Shown here: one piece after another, positions 10,689 to 21,071 of the stretch
Layout: each line of letters begins with the position of its first letter
Numbering within the stretch: the first letter of the stretch is position 1
Source of the DNA: Candidatus Omnitrophota bacterium
Lineage (GTDB): Bacteria > Omnitrophota > Gorgyraeia > Zapsychrales > Zapsychraceae
Length of the DNA: 64,000 nucleotides
Assembly: GCA_028280285.1 (NCBI GenBank)
Contig: JANQMA010000044.1
Coordinates: forward strand, 1,521-65,520
Reading direction: 5' to 3'
Made by a program: the position numbers and the translations under genes
The notes under the pieces: generated by a model
What the model was told of the DNA's origin: nothing
The model's database searches: none
What the model saw: only the letters and a program-made list of their open reading frames with translations

Positions 10689-11243
10689 ATGCCATCTGTC
10701 AATATTGATTTTCAGGTTTTAGCAACAACGCTCATGGGTACGGTGAGTGATACCTTTGAGTCAATGTGTAAAGAAAAGCTTTCGAGCCCGCCACAGCTTG
10801 AAACAAGGCCTGTGGAAGCCGAGAATGGCAAGGTCATTATTTCTGGGTTTCGTAAGTTTGCTGTTAAATGCTATCTTTCTGTTATCTATTTTTATCTGTC
10901 AGAAGCAGATAAACAGAAGGACAAAAGCTGTGGGTGTGCGGTTCTTTATGTTAAAGAGTCCGGTGCACTTAATTTCGTCAAGGCGATGGAGTATATGGAT
11001 GCCGAGACAGCGACGGAAGAAGAAATACAGGATATGTGCGGGGAATTTTGTAATGTTATCGTCGGGGCTTTCAGGCAGGATTTAGTTGAACTTGGATACA
11101 CTAATTTAGAAATGGGCACTCCGATTAATTATAGAGATAGCATACCGGAAGGTGTTCCGATTAATAAGAGTCAAAAAGACTATCAGGAATTAAGGGTTTT
11201 TTTATTTGGTGCCAATCCAGTTGTTATGGATATTTATGTTTAG
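10689..11243 (+). CDS. CheX/CheC-family CheY-P phosphatase-like protein
   Basis: Single E-x2-N...P active-site-like motif (GEFCNVIVGAF...P). Size and context fit a CheX. Confidence 0.5.
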   Translation: MPSVNIDFQVLATTLMGTVSDTFESMCKEKLSSPPQLETRPVEAENGKVIISGFRKFAVKCYLSVIYFYLSEADKQKDKSCGCAVLYVKESGALNFVKAMEYMDAETATEEEIQDMCGEFCNVIVGAFRQDLVELGYTNLEMGTPINYRDSIPEGVPINKSQKDYQELRVFLFGANPVVMDIYV

Positions 11244-11258
11244 GCATAGGATATTAAA

Positions 11259-11393
11259 TCGAGATCCCTCTTCCGGCCGCTTTGCTTCGCAAATCGAAGT
11301 TAGCAGAAGCTAACGAGATTAATAAAGCGAAGCAGCCGGAATCGGGATTAATTCGTATTTCTAATTTACGCGACCGTTAAGGAAGCGTAAATT
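11259..11393 (+). promoter_or_regulatory. Highly structured intergenic region upstream of cheY (nested inverted repeats)
   Basis: CCGGCCGCTTTGCTTCGC pairs with GCGAAGCAGCCGG; GTTAGC with GCTAAC; ATTTACGC-N13-GCGTAAAT is a perfect 8-bp stem. Confidence 0.4.
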
Positions 11394-11425
11394 AAATACT
11401 CATTAATCAAAGGAGAAAGTTTATC

Positions 11426-11815
11426 ATGAAAAAAATATTAGTTGTTGATGATTCAGCGGTACAAAGAAAAATGATTATTCAAATCATTAAAAAGGCAGGT
11501 TATGAAAATGAAATTTTAGAAGCAGGCGATGGGCAGCAGGCTATTGAGACAATTGGTGCCAGTTTTGCCGAAATAGCTGTTGTCCTCTGTGACTGGAATA
11601 TGCCGAATATGTCGGGACTTGAGGTCATTCAGGGGCTTGCTGCCGTTGATGCCGTTAAGGATCTTCCGGTTGTTATGGTTACCACCGAAGGAACGGAAGA
11701 TAAAATCAGAGAAGCAAGAGAAGCTAATCCGAATTTGGCCGGTTATGTCGCTAAACCTTTCACTCCAGAGCAATTGAAGGAAGCTATCAATCCAATTTTA
11801 GTAAGCGCTGGATAA
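11426..11815 (+). CDS. cheY: Chemotaxis response regulator CheY (single REC domain)
   Basis: Receiver motifs DD...D(WNMP)...T...K. 129 aa. Confidence 0.85.
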   Translation: MKKILVVDDSAVQRKMIIQIIKKAGYENEILEAGDGQQAIETIGASFAEIAVVLCDWNMPNMSGLEVIQGLAAVDAVKDLPVVMVTTEGTEDKIREAREANPNLAGYVAKPFTPEQLKEAINPILVSAG

Positions 11816-11828
11816 GGAAAGGAGTTTT

Positions 11829-12389
11829 ATGGATGCCAATGACTTTCTGACGAACACCTTGGTGGAAGCTATGGAGGATGTTGTTAATGTTTTGGAATTA
11901 AACGGTGAATTTGGCACGGAGGAAGATGAGACCAAACTTGAGAAAAACCTGGTTGGTTTTATCGGGTTAACAGGGTTGCTTGAAGGAAGCGTTGCTGTTT
12001 GTTTTAATGATTCAAGCGCGTGTGCTATGGTCTCAAAGATGTTGGATACAGAAGTGACACGCGATTCCCCCGATGTTGTTGATGGTGTTGGGGAGATTGC
12101 TAATATCATTGCCGGCGGCGCCAAAAACAGGCTTTCTCAAACCGAGTATAAATGTGACATAAGTATTCCAACGGTTATTGAAGGAAAAAGTTTAACTCTT
12201 CCTAACAAACATGAAGATATCACAAGAATTATAAAGAGCTTTACCTCCGATGAGATCACGTTAAATGTTATTCTTAACTATAAAATTAATGAGGAACAAA
12301 CAGATGAAAACGGATCTGATGCAGCGGCAAAGCAGAAGGCTAACACATTTGATCGGTTGCAACAGTTAGTTAAAGAAACTGATAAGTAA
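11829..12389 (+). CDS. cheX: CheX-family CheY-P phosphatase
   Basis: GEIANIIAGGAKNR is the E-x2-N motif in the CheX arrangement. Confidence 0.6.
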   Translation: MDANDFLTNTLVEAMEDVVNVLELNGEFGTEEDETKLEKNLVGFIGLTGLLEGSVAVCFNDSSACAMVSKMLDTEVTRDSPDVVDGVGEIANIIAGGAKNRLSQTEYKCDISIPTVIEGKSLTLPNKHEDITRIIKSFTSDEITLNVILNYKINEEQTDENGSDAAAKQKANTFDRLQQLVKETDK

Positions 12390-12397
12390 AAGTAACA

Positions 12398-12919
12398 ATG
12401 AGCGATGAGTCAACACCAGAGTCAGAACTACAATCAACCGAGCTTGAAATTGTCGAGTTTAAGATCGGCAATGAATATTACGCGATTAACGTGCTTAATG
12501 TGCGTGAGATTATCCGTGCTAATATCGGTATTGTTCCGGTTCCCGAGGCCCATGCATCGATATCGGGTATGGTCAATTTAAGAGGTAAAATAATCCCGGT
12601 TGTTAGTTTAGCGAAACATTTGCACGTAGATACAGAATATGACCCAACGACGAGCAGGATTATTATTGCGGAGTTAACCAATTGTCAGGCCGGATTTTGG
12701 GTTAGTGAAGTGACGCGTATTTTAAGAGTTGCGAGGGAAAACATTGAGTTTCCGACGGGCTTGCTTAATAAGGATGATAGTTACACGAAAGGCGTTGCCA
12801 AAATACACGACCGGGTTCTCTTATTGCTGGATTTTGAAAAAATTGCCTCGGTGATTAATACGAGTGCGATTGATGCGACTGTAACGGGTTCTGATGATTC
12901 CGAAGAAACTGACACCTAA
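12398..12919 (+). CDS. cheW: Chemotaxis coupling protein CheW
   Basis: CheW fold (EIVEFKIGNEYYAINVLNVREII...VNLRGKIIPVV). Confidence 0.85.
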   Translation: MSDESTPESELQSTELEIVEFKIGNEYYAINVLNVREIIRANIGIVPVPEAHASISGMVNLRGKIIPVVSLAKHLHVDTEYDPTTSRIIIAELTNCQAGFWVSEVTRILRVARENIEFPTGLLNKDDSYTKGVAKIHDRVLLLLDFEKIASVINTSAIDATVTGSDDSEETDT

Positions 12920-12934
12920 AATGTAAATAGAGAT

Positions 12935-13357
12935 ATGTCCGACGCACCCAACGCGGAAAACAGAAAATACATACGATTTACGAACAATAATGTTTTAAAG
13001 TGTCGTAAATATTCTTTGCAGTCTGGTGCCAGCCAAACCGAAATTAATGCGGTGGTTAAAAATATGAGTGCGGGTGGCGTTTTATTTGAAAGTAGTAAGC
13101 AGTATCAGATAAATGATCTTTTGAAGCTTGAGATTGATCTTCCTGGCTGGGAGAAGTTTAAGGCGGAATTTTATAAAGGTAACCGTGTTTCACAACCGGC
13201 ACCGGTTAGCGTCTTAGCTTCGGTCGTACGGGTAGAAGTGATGAAGCCGGGTAAACTGTTTGATATCGGGGCCTGTTTTGTCGGTATTGACGACGGGCAT
13301 CAATGGGCGCTTATCAAATATTCCAAAAATCGCATGAAGTACGGGGATAACGGATAA
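12935..13357 (+). CDS. PilZ-domain (c-di-GMP-binding) protein
   Basis: RKYIR matches RxxxR and NMSAGG matches D/N-x-S-x-G-G, the PilZ signatures. The stop abuts the start of the downstream MCP. Confidence 0.7.
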   Translation: MSDAPNAENRKYIRFTNNNVLKCRKYSLQSGASQTEINAVVKNMSAGGVLFESSKQYQINDLLKLEIDLPGWEKFKAEFYKGNRVSQPAPVSVLASVVRVEVMKPGKLFDIGACFVGIDDGHQWALIKYSKNRMKYGDNG

Positions 13358-15790
13358 ATGAAGAAATTAAGCATGTTTAAAACTTGCCGACCACTTTTTT
13401 TATTAACTTTTTTTGCCTTTGTGAATGTTTCTTTCGCCGCAGAACCAGTGGATGTAAAGCCTACGCACGATACCCATGTAGCCGTGCCTGATCCGTCACA
13501 TGGCAGTGATCACGCTAGCCATGCTAAGGTGAAAGAACATGTCGCGAAGAACAAGCATGTTGATCACAAAGGTCACGGAAAAACGCACGGGCATGCTGAT
13601 AGCAAAAACAGGATTAGTTTAGTTGACCCTGCATTTGTTGCGGAGTTTAAGCATCTTGACCATAAAGGTGATGAGGATGAGCATTTTACACTGAAGCGCG
13701 AAGAGCATGGTTCTAATCTTTTAACCTTGCTTATTTTAGGCTTGGTTGGGTTCTTGGTTATCGCCTTTGTGTTGTACAAGATGGACTTGTTGGTCAATAT
13801 GAAAATTACCAACAAGCTTTATTTTGGGTTTGGATTAATCCTTATCTTGTCCATTATTATGGGGGGTGTAAGCCTTAAATACCTCGGGATTATGAATGAA
13901 AAGACCCATATTGCCGAAGAGGCGTTTGAACTTGATCTTTTGACGCATAAGTTAAACATTTTGCAAGACGAATTTTTGAGAGTCGGTATCGAGGATATAG
14001 AAAAAGGTGATGCTATTCTTGTTAAGCATAAAAAGACAACCGAAGAGTTTCATCATATGCTTGATAAATTAAGCCAAGAAAATATTTCTTCACAGGCGAG
14101 TAAAGCTATTGATGAGGTTGTTATGTTTAATAAAGATTATGAGAAAAAGTTTGCGGAGGTGGTAGAACTTTATCATGAAATTGAAAAGGATAAAGGGCAT
14201 TTTCATGAGATCGGCGAGGCTGTTTTCCATGAGCTACAAACACTTATTCATGGACATGAAAAAGAGTTAGATGGTATGACGCTTAATCAAAGTGCGTTTC
14301 CTTTGATTCATCTTATAGAGGCGCTGAGTGAGGCAGAGGTCAGATTTTTGCATATGGAAGCCAAGCTGTTTGAATTCATGTTGGACAAACACCTCGAGCA
14401 TATTCCTGTTATAGAAGAAGAGTTAGGTGTTGCGTATTCCGAGCTTAAAAAGGCCAAAAAATATTTAAGTGAAACCAACATGAGTGCGGCCCAAAAAAGT
14501 GCGGAGCTTAAGGAGCTTAATAAGGTAGAAGGTCAACTGAAGGAGTTTCAAAAGCTCATGGCGGTGGTGATCAAAGATGAGTTGATCATCAAAAAGGATC
14601 TTGTGGTGATGAATCACGATCTGGCAGGCATTGAAGAGCGGGCGGCCGCCATTGCGCATGCCGCAGAAGAGGACGCGTATACGGCCAATAAAGAGGCCAA
14701 TATGGCGGTTATGTTGTTGATTGTGTTTTCTGTTGTTACCGGATTTTTATTTGCCTATTTTCTCTCGCGTATGATTGCTTTGCCTATTCGCCAGACGATT
14801 AATAAGATTGCGCATATCAGTGAAGAAAATGATTTAACACAGCGCATCAGTATTGCCTCAAAAGATGAAGTTGGGGAAATGGGCAATAACATGAATATCT
14901 TTCTTGCTAAGTTAGATAAGTCTCTGGGGATGGTCGCCGAATCTTCCGAATCATTTGCAGCTGCCTCCGAGGAAATATCTTCAAGCACCCAGCAGATTGC
15001 CGACGGGGCTAATCAGCAGGCAGCCAGCTTTGAAGAGCTCTCCAGCTCAGTTCAACAAAATGCAACCAATGTCAGCAATGCCAGCGAACTTGTGCAAGCC
15101 TCTTCCAAAGACAGTCAGAAAGCCGGTGAAGATATGGCCAATATCGTTTTAGCGATGGATGCGATTGAAAAAAGTTTTAAAAGGATTACCGAGGCTGTTA
15201 ATCTCATTACCGATATTGCCGATCAAACAAATCTGCTTGCGCTTAATGCAGCGATTGAAGCGGCACGCGCCGGTGAGCATGGTAAAGGTTTTGCGGTTGT
15301 GGCTGATGAGGTACGTAAACTAGCTGAAAGGAGTGCGGATTCGGCGAGTGATATTACACGGATGATGGATGATTGTTCAACTCAAGTCAATAAAGGATCG
15401 GAAATTTCGAATGAAGCGCAAAGCAGCCTTATAGTAATTGTCGAAAACATAGATAAGATTAAAGAGCAGCTAAACTCTATCTCATTGGCCTCTCAGGAGC
15501 AGGCCGCGTCTATGGAAGAAAATACGTCTATTACGGATACCAATGCATCTTCTTCTGAAGAGCTGGCTAGCACGGCCGAGGAAATGGCGGCCCAATCTGA
15601 GGAGCTGTTAAGATCGGTCAGTCAGTTTAAAACCGGAAGTGGGGCCAGTCGAACGCCTGATGATGGCAGTAATCTTGTTGCAGCAAATGCAGGGAGTCCG
15701 CAAAAAACTTCATCTCAAAAACAGGAAAAAACAAATGATGCCAATGGATCAAATGAAGATGGTCCAGACGAACCATTGTCTTTTGGCTAA
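13358..15790 (+). CDS. mcp: Methyl-accepting chemotaxis protein with signal peptide, His-rich periplasmic N-terminal region, three predicted TM segments, His/Glu-rich helical sensor domain, HAMP and MCP domains
   Basis: Signal peptide (cleavage at AFA/AEP). About 15 His in residues 30-115. TMs at about 119-139, 152-171 and 452-472. MCP signalling motif [29 protein letters not shown]. Confidence 0.85.
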   Translation: MKKLSMFKTCRPLFLLTFFAFVNVSFAAEPVDVKPTHDTHVAVPDPSHGSDHASHAKVKEHVAKNKHVDHKGHGKTHGHADSKNRISLVDPAFVAEFKHLDHKGDEDEHFTLKREEHGSNLLTLLILGLVGFLVIAFVLYKMDLLVNMKITNKLYFGFGLILILSIIMGGVSLKYLGIMNEKTHIAEEAFELDLLTHKLNILQDEFLRVGIEDIEKGDAILVKHKKTTEEFHHMLDKLSQENISSQASKAIDEVVMFNKDYEKKFAEVVELYHEIEKDKGHFHEIGEAVFHELQTLIHGHEKELDGMTLNQSAFPLIHLIEALSEAEVRFLHMEAKLFEFMLDKHLEHIPVIEEELGVAYSELKKAKKYLSETNMSAAQKSAELKELNKVEGQLKEFQKLMAVVIKDELIIKKDLVVMNHDLAGIEERAAAIAHAAEEDAYTANKEANMAVMLLIVFSVVTGFLFAYFLSRMIALPIRQTINKIAHISEENDLTQRISIASKDEVGEMGNNMNIFLAKLDKSLGMVAESSESFAAASEEISSSTQQIADGANQQAASFEELSSSVQQNATNVSNASELVQASSKDSQKAGEDMANIVLAMDAIEKSFKRITEAVNLITDIADQTNLLALNAAIEAARAGEHGKGFAVVADEVRKLAERSADSASDITRMMDDCSTQVNKGSEISNEAQSSLIVIVENIDKIKEQLNSISLASQEQAASMEENTSITDTNASSSEELASTAEEMAAQSEELLRSVSQFKTGSGASRTPDDGSNLVAANAGSPQKTSSQKQEKTNDANGSNEDGPDEPLSFG

Positions 15791-15817
15791 TGCAAATATT
15801 TAGGATGTGATAAGCCT

Positions 15818-16312
15818 ATGGAAGATGCTGAAGAAATAATGGATACAGAAGTACAGGATGATTTATACCAGCTGGTCAGTTTTAAGCTGGCTGAGGAAGA
15901 ATATGCGTTTAAAATAACGGACATTCAGGAAGTTATCCATGTTCAGGCAATAAGGGGCATTCCACAGATGCCGGAGTTTATTCTCGGCGTTATTAATTTA
16001 CGCGGTAATGTGATTTCTGTTTTTGATTTGAGAAAAAAATTGCATCTACCGGCTAAAGAGTTTGATGATAAAACAAAAATTGTCGTGACAAAAGTCGATG
16101 ATACGATTATAAGCCTCGTTGTCGATGAGATTATGGAAAATATTACACTGACTCAATCGCAGGTGGAACCTGCGCCAAATGTGAAGATGAAAATTAATAA
16201 AGAGTGTATTGCCGGGTTAGGGAAGCTCAAAGGAAAGCTTATTACGATTTTGAATTTAGAGAAGATTCATGAAGAAATTATTGCGGATGTCGATATTAAT
16301 GTAGAGGTCTAA
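15818..16312 (+). CDS. cheW: Chemotaxis coupling protein CheW
   Basis: CheW fold (YQLVSFKLAEEEYAFKITDIQEVI...INLRGNVISV). Confidence 0.85.
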   Translation: MEDAEEIMDTEVQDDLYQLVSFKLAEEEYAFKITDIQEVIHVQAIRGIPQMPEFILGVINLRGNVISVFDLRKKLHLPAKEFDDKTKIVVTKVDDTIISLVVDEIMENITLTQSQVEPAPNVKMKINKECIAGLGKLKGKLITILNLEKIHEEIIADVDINVEV

Positions 16313-16319
16313 CTATTTA

Positions 16320-17162
16320 ATGGGCGTGAATAACCAAGATGGGATATTATCAATTTCAGATGGCGATTTCGATCGCATTAAGACAATTATGTATAACAAA
16401 ACAGGGGTTTTTCTTAAACCTAGCAAAAAACCTCTTGTTGTGGCCCGTTTACGTAAAAGATTAATAAACCTGGAACTGAAAACTTTTGGCGAATATATTT
16501 CTTATTTAGAGCAATCAGGTAATGAAGAGCTAGAAAATTTTATTAATGAAATCACGACGAATGAGACGTTCTTTTTCAGACACTCGATTCATTTTAATTA
16601 TCTCTATGAAACGGTTTTGCCGAAAGTCATCGCAGGCGGTGTGAGTAAGGTGAATGTATGGTCAGGCGCTTCATCCACAGGCGAAGAGCCGTATTCTTTA
16701 GCCATATGTCTGACAGAGTTCTTTAAGGATAAGGCGGGAAAGGGATTTAATCTCTACGCTTCTGATATTAACACACACGTTATTAATCAGGCTAAGCAAG
16801 GATGTTACGGGGAGCGTAGTTTAAAGGGTGTGACGGCTTCTCTTAAAGAGAGATATTTTCAACCAAAGGATCCGGCGGTAAGTAATGGGGATTATGTCGT
16901 TAAGGATTCACTTAAGCAAAAGGTTCAATTTAAGCAACATAATTTAAAGCAGCCTTTTGCACAAAAAGAGCTCGACATTGTTTTTTTACGTAATGTGATT
17001 ATTTATTTTGACCAAGAGGTCAAACAAAGGGTTATTAGCCTCATCGAGGCTAATGTCAAACCGGATGGATACTTATTTATCAGTTTGTCGGAAAATTTAA
17101 ATGATATTAAAACGTCTTTTCAACTTATTAAAGCAGGTATTTTTCAAAAACGCAGCAGCTAA
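16320..17162 (+). CDS. cheR: Chemotaxis protein methyltransferase CheR (second copy)
   Basis: NETFFFRH and SGASSTGEEPYSLAI motifs. Confidence 0.85.
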   Translation: MGVNNQDGILSISDGDFDRIKTIMYNKTGVFLKPSKKPLVVARLRKRLINLELKTFGEYISYLEQSGNEELENFINEITTNETFFFRHSIHFNYLYETVLPKVIAGGVSKVNVWSGASSTGEEPYSLAICLTEFFKDKAGKGFNLYASDINTHVINQAKQGCYGERSLKGVTASLKERYFQPKDPAVSNGDYVVKDSLKQKVQFKQHNLKQPFAQKELDIVFLRNVIIYFDQEVKQRVISLIEANVKPDGYLFISLSENLNDIKTSFQLIKAGIFQKRSS

Positions 17163-17171
17163 GGATAAGCT

Positions 17172-18212
17172 ATGATTAAATGTGTTATCGCCGATGATTC
17201 GGCATTAGTAAGACAGGTTTTAAAAGATATACTTGGGAAAAGCAGTAAAATAGAAGTTATGCATGCGGCTAAGAATGGTGAAGAAGCGGTCAAAGCGATT
17301 AAGGAAAACAAGCCGGACATTGCTATTTTTGATGTTGAGATGCCGGTCATGAACGGCCTGCAAGCGCTTAAAACAGTTATGAAGGAATGTCCACTGCCTG
17401 TTTTGATGTTTAGTTCTCTGACAAGTGAAGGGGCGAGCGTTACCATTAAGGCCCTGGAATACGGCGCTGTTGATTTCTTTTTGAAACCGACAAGTGGCTC
17501 GGAAGGGATTAAGGAGATCGCTCAGCAGATTGTAAAAAAGGTTGAAACGATTGCGTTAAAGAGCAGATTGCAGCGCCTCAAAGGTTCTCCTACGGAAGCG
17601 AGTGTTCCTAAGAAATCATCACTTAAAAATGTGCCAACCAAAAATATCGATCTTATTGCCGTTGGTTCCTCAACGGGCGGTGTCCAGGCAACCAATCGCA
17701 TTTTTTCGCAATTGCCTGCCGACATACCGCCTATTGTTTGGGTTCAGCATATGCCGGCGACATTTACCGAAAAGTTTGCTGAGCGTTTAAATGGTATTTG
17801 TGCTATGACAGTCAAAGAAGCAACGCATGGAGAAGTTATACAACGAGGCGTTTGTTACCTAGCTCCGGGTGGTATTCATTTTCAGTTAAAAAAGAAGGGG
17901 ACTCAATTGATCGTTGATTTAAACGGCAAAGATAAAGTCAATGGTTTTTGTCCTTCCTGTGATGTGTTATTTTCTTCTGTAGGAGCGGTTGATTGCAGTA
18001 AAGTGTTAGGGATTATATTAACAGGTATGGGTAATGATGGGGCGCAAGGATTGCTTGGGCTGCGTCAAAAAGGGGCTTATGTTTTGGGACAAAATGAAGA
18101 TAGCTGTGTGGTTTATGGTATGCCGAAGGCAGCCCAGGAGGCCGGCGCGGTTGATCAAGAGTTAGATGTCGGGGAGATAAGTGAAGCAATAAAGAAAGTG
18201 TGTAAACTCTAA
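17172..18212 (+). CDS. cheB: Chemotaxis methylesterase CheB (second copy, REC + esterase)
   Basis: REC domain plus AVGSSTGG, HMP and GMGNDG motifs. Confidence 0.9.
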   Translation: MIKCVIADDSALVRQVLKDILGKSSKIEVMHAAKNGEEAVKAIKENKPDIAIFDVEMPVMNGLQALKTVMKECPLPVLMFSSLTSEGASVTIKALEYGAVDFFLKPTSGSEGIKEIAQQIVKKVETIALKSRLQRLKGSPTEASVPKKSSLKNVPTKNIDLIAVGSSTGGVQATNRIFSQLPADIPPIVWVQHMPATFTEKFAERLNGICAMTVKEATHGEVIQRGVCYLAPGGIHFQLKKKGTQLIVDLNGKDKVNGFCPSCDVLFSSVGAVDCSKVLGIILTGMGNDGAQGLLGLRQKGAYVLGQNEDSCVVYGMPKAAQEAGAVDQELDVGEISEAIKKVCKL

Positions 18213-18253
18213 GAATAAGATAATCAAAGCAGTAAGTAGTTTCGGAGAATAGT

Positions 18254-21070
18254 ATGGCAGAATCTTATGAAATGTCGGATGATGAAAAGCAAGAAATTAT
18301 AGAGGAGTTTCTTGCCGAAAGTGATCAGTATCTACAGAGTCTCAACGATTGTCTTTTAAAAGCCGAAGAGTTAATTAAAGGCGGACAAACAGTTGAAAAA
18401 GATGATATTAATCTGATGTTCCGTGCGGCGCATACGATTAAAGGAACAGCTTCTTTTATTGATTTGACCACCATTAGCCATCTGACACATGAAATGGAGA
18501 CTGTGCTTGACCGGATCCGTAATGATCAAATGGATTTTACGGTTGAAGCCATCGATGTTTTATTTGCGGCGTTTGATTCCTTAAGTGCATTACTCGAAAG
18601 ATTAAAGACGGAAGGGGATGATCAGGGTGATGTTTCCGAAAGCCTAGAGAAGATTAGACAAATATTATCAGGGGAGGCTCCAGCGGCAGCAGAGGAGCCG
18701 GTTGCAGCCGAAAAGCCTGCCGAGCCGGCCGTCGAAGAACCGCAGGAAGTTGTGCCCGAAGAAAGTGAAGCAAGTTCTGAGTCGGACGAAGAGCTGGAAA
18801 AATACTGGGCGGCATTTATTGAGGACACACAGCAGAATATTGAGCGCTTTGATGAGATTTTGCTTAATATGGAAAAGGGTGATTTTAAGCCCGACTATCT
18901 TAATGAGCTTTTCCGGATCTCGCATACGATCAAAGGTTCTTCAGGCATCGTTAAAAGACGGGATTTAGAAATGTTATCGCATAAAATGGAGGATATTCTC
19001 TCTGGAATGCGTGAAAAAGAAGAACCGCCTGCCGAGCATATTACAACCCTTTTATTTAAAGGGATCGACTGGATTAAAGAAACGGTTAATGAAATTCAAA
19101 GTGGAAAAAGGCAAGAGCGGGATCCGGGTGAATTAGTACAGGAATTTGAAAAACTCCTTGCGGCAGAAGCGGCTTCTCCGGCAGGAGCTTCTGAGGTAAG
19201 TGCCCCAGCAGATCAAGGACAAGCACCGGCCATTGATATTAATGCGTTAAATAGTGAACAAGCTATCAAGTTAGAAGAGGCACGTGGGTTAAAGCAAGCT
19301 GTCTATAATCTTACCATAGCTGTTTCAGAAAAATGTCCGGCCAAAAGTATGAAGGCAATGCTCGCCAAAGAGCGGCTAAGTAAAGAAGGTATCATTATTG
19401 CTATGGTACCTGAGGAGACGGCGATTGACGATAGTTCAACGGCAAAGGTGTCCATTCAATTTTTATATTCGACGAGCGAATCGCAAGAAGGTATTCCTGC
19501 TTTCGTCAGCATTGATGAAATAGAACTTGTTTCTTTAGATAAAATCGATATGGCAGAAGAAAAACCGGCTGAACCGGCTGTTGCTGAGCCGAAGGCAGCC
19601 GCCGCGGCCCCTGCTGCTGCCGCAAAACCACAGGCCGCTCAAAAACCAGTCAAAAAAGAAGCAGCTAAAGAAAAGCAATCAAAGTCTGCTCCGGTTGAAG
19701 TAACAAGTATGCGTGTTGATGTGCGTAAACTCGATAATTTAATGAATCTGGCCGGTGAGCTTGTTATTACACGGGCACGGTTTTCCCAGCTTTTGCTTGA
19801 ATTGAGAAATGAGGTGAGCAGTACAAGGCAGACCATTGATAAGTTCCGGGAAATCGAAAATAGTTTAATGGGTTTAAAAATGAAGACGGCTGAGACGGTT
19901 TCGAGTGCAGAGGCAAACGGCGGTCAAGATCGCGATGAACTTAAGAAGATGATAGAGACCATTGGCCAAAAGTTTCAAGACACCAGCAGGCAAACATCCA
20001 CAAAATTAATTACAGAGAAGATTTATAATATGGATGAGGCCACAAGGAATTTGGAGAAGTTATCCAGTGATATTCAAAATGGTGTTATGCAAACGCGCAT
20101 GGTTCCGATTGAAGGTGTCTTTTCACGGTTTAAACGACTTGTGCGTGATATCGCCAAGGAAATCAAAAAAGATGTGAAGTTGGATATTTACGGCGAGGAC
20201 ACAGAGTTAGATAAGAAGATTACCGACGAGTTGGGTGATCCATTGACCCATATGATCCGTAATGCGGTTGATCATGGTCTTGAAAATACCGAAGAGCGTA
20301 AGGCGACCGACAAACCGCAGCAGGGTACGGTTACACTGGGTGCCATGCATAAGGGGAATAATATTTGTATTGAAATTTCTGATGACGGAAAGGGGCTGGA
20401 TCCGGATAAGATTGCCAACAAGGCGTTTGAAAAAGAAATTATTACCGAAGATGCATTGGAACAAATGAGTGATCGGGAAAAGATGGGTCTTATCTTTGCT
20501 CCGGGCTTTAGCACGGCTGAACAAGTTACCGGGTTATCCGGTCGCGGCGTTGGTATGGATGTGGTTAAAAAGATGATTGAGTCACTCAACGGCACGGTTG
20601 ACATTGAATCCGAAATGGGCCAAGGCACATCGTTTAAATTAAAGATACCACTTACCTTGGCTATTATTCAGGCGCTTTTGGTTGTTATCGATAATGAAGT
20701 GTTTGCATTGCCACTAGAATCTGTTTCGGAAATTGTTAAGGTTATGCCTGATGAAGTTTATCGCATCGAGGGAACAGCGACGATTAAATTGCGTGATCAT
20801 ACATTAAGTTTGGTGGAACTTGAAAAAGTGATTCAAATCGAGCAGAAAAAAATAGGAGCGGATGATGAGCGGCGGGTGGTTGTCATTACGGACGGTGAAA
20901 ATCAAGTCGGTATTTGTGTCGATGAATTAATTGGAGAAGACGAAATTGTTATTAAATCTTTACCGGTCCACTTTACCAACGTGATCGGTATCAGTGGGGC
21001 GTCCATCTTAGGGGATGGGCGGATATGTCTTATTTTAGATGTTGGGGCTATTATAAAGGAAGCGCAATAA
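18254..21070 (+). CDS. cheA: Chemotaxis histidine kinase CheA with two HPt (P1) domains
   Basis: Two HPt motifs (FRAAHTIKGTASFI and FRISHTIKGSSGI), an Ala/Pro-rich linker, dimerisation domain, HATPase (DDGKGLD, GRGVGMD) and a C-terminal CheW-like domain. Confidence 0.95.
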   Translation: MAESYEMSDDEKQEIIEEFLAESDQYLQSLNDCLLKAEELIKGGQTVEKDDINLMFRAAHTIKGTASFIDLTTISHLTHEMETVLDRIRNDQMDFTVEAIDVLFAAFDSLSALLERLKTEGDDQGDVSESLEKIRQILSGEAPAAAEEPVAAEKPAEPAVEEPQEVVPEESEASSESDEELEKYWAAFIEDTQQNIERFDEILLNMEKGDFKPDYLNELFRISHTIKGSSGIVKRRDLEMLSHKMEDILSGMREKEEPPAEHITTLLFKGIDWIKETVNEIQSGKRQERDPGELVQEFEKLLAAEAASPAGASEVSAPADQGQAPAIDINALNSEQAIKLEEARGLKQAVYNLTIAVSEKCPAKSMKAMLAKERLSKEGIIIAMVPEETAIDDSSTAKVSIQFLYSTSESQEGIPAFVSIDEIELVSLDKIDMAEEKPAEPAVAEPKAAAAAPAAAAKPQAAQKPVKKEAAKEKQSKSAPVEVTSMRVDVRKLDNLMNLAGELVITRARFSQLLLELRNEVSSTRQTIDKFREIENSLMGLKMKTAETVSSAEANGGQDRDELKKMIETIGQKFQDTSRQTSTKLITEKIYNMDEATRNLEKLSSDIQNGVMQTRMVPIEGVFSRFKRLVRDIAKEIKKDVKLDIYGEDTELDKKITDELGDPLTHMIRNAVDHGLENTEERKATDKPQQGTVTLGAMHKGNNICIEISDDGKGLDPDKIANKAFEKEIITEDALEQMSDREKMGLIFAPGFSTAEQVTGLSGRGVGMDVVKKMIESLNGTVDIESEMGQGTSFKLKIPLTLAIIQALLVVIDNEVFALPLESVSEIVKVMPDEVYRIEGTATIKLRDHTLSLVELEKVIQIEQKKIGADDERRVVVITDGENQVGICVDELIGEDEIVIKSLPVHFTNVIGISGASILGDGRICLILDVGAIIKEAQ

Positions 21071-21071
21071 T

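Noticed and set aside
10747-11085. 112-aa alternative-frame ORF overlapping the CheX-like gene
   Set aside because: Arg/Ser-rich low-complexity translation in the +2 frame of a gene with a recognisable CheX motif. Spurious.
20272-20628. 118-aa minus-strand ORF inside cheA
   Set aside because: Antisense to the conserved HATPase region of CheA. No start context. Spurious.
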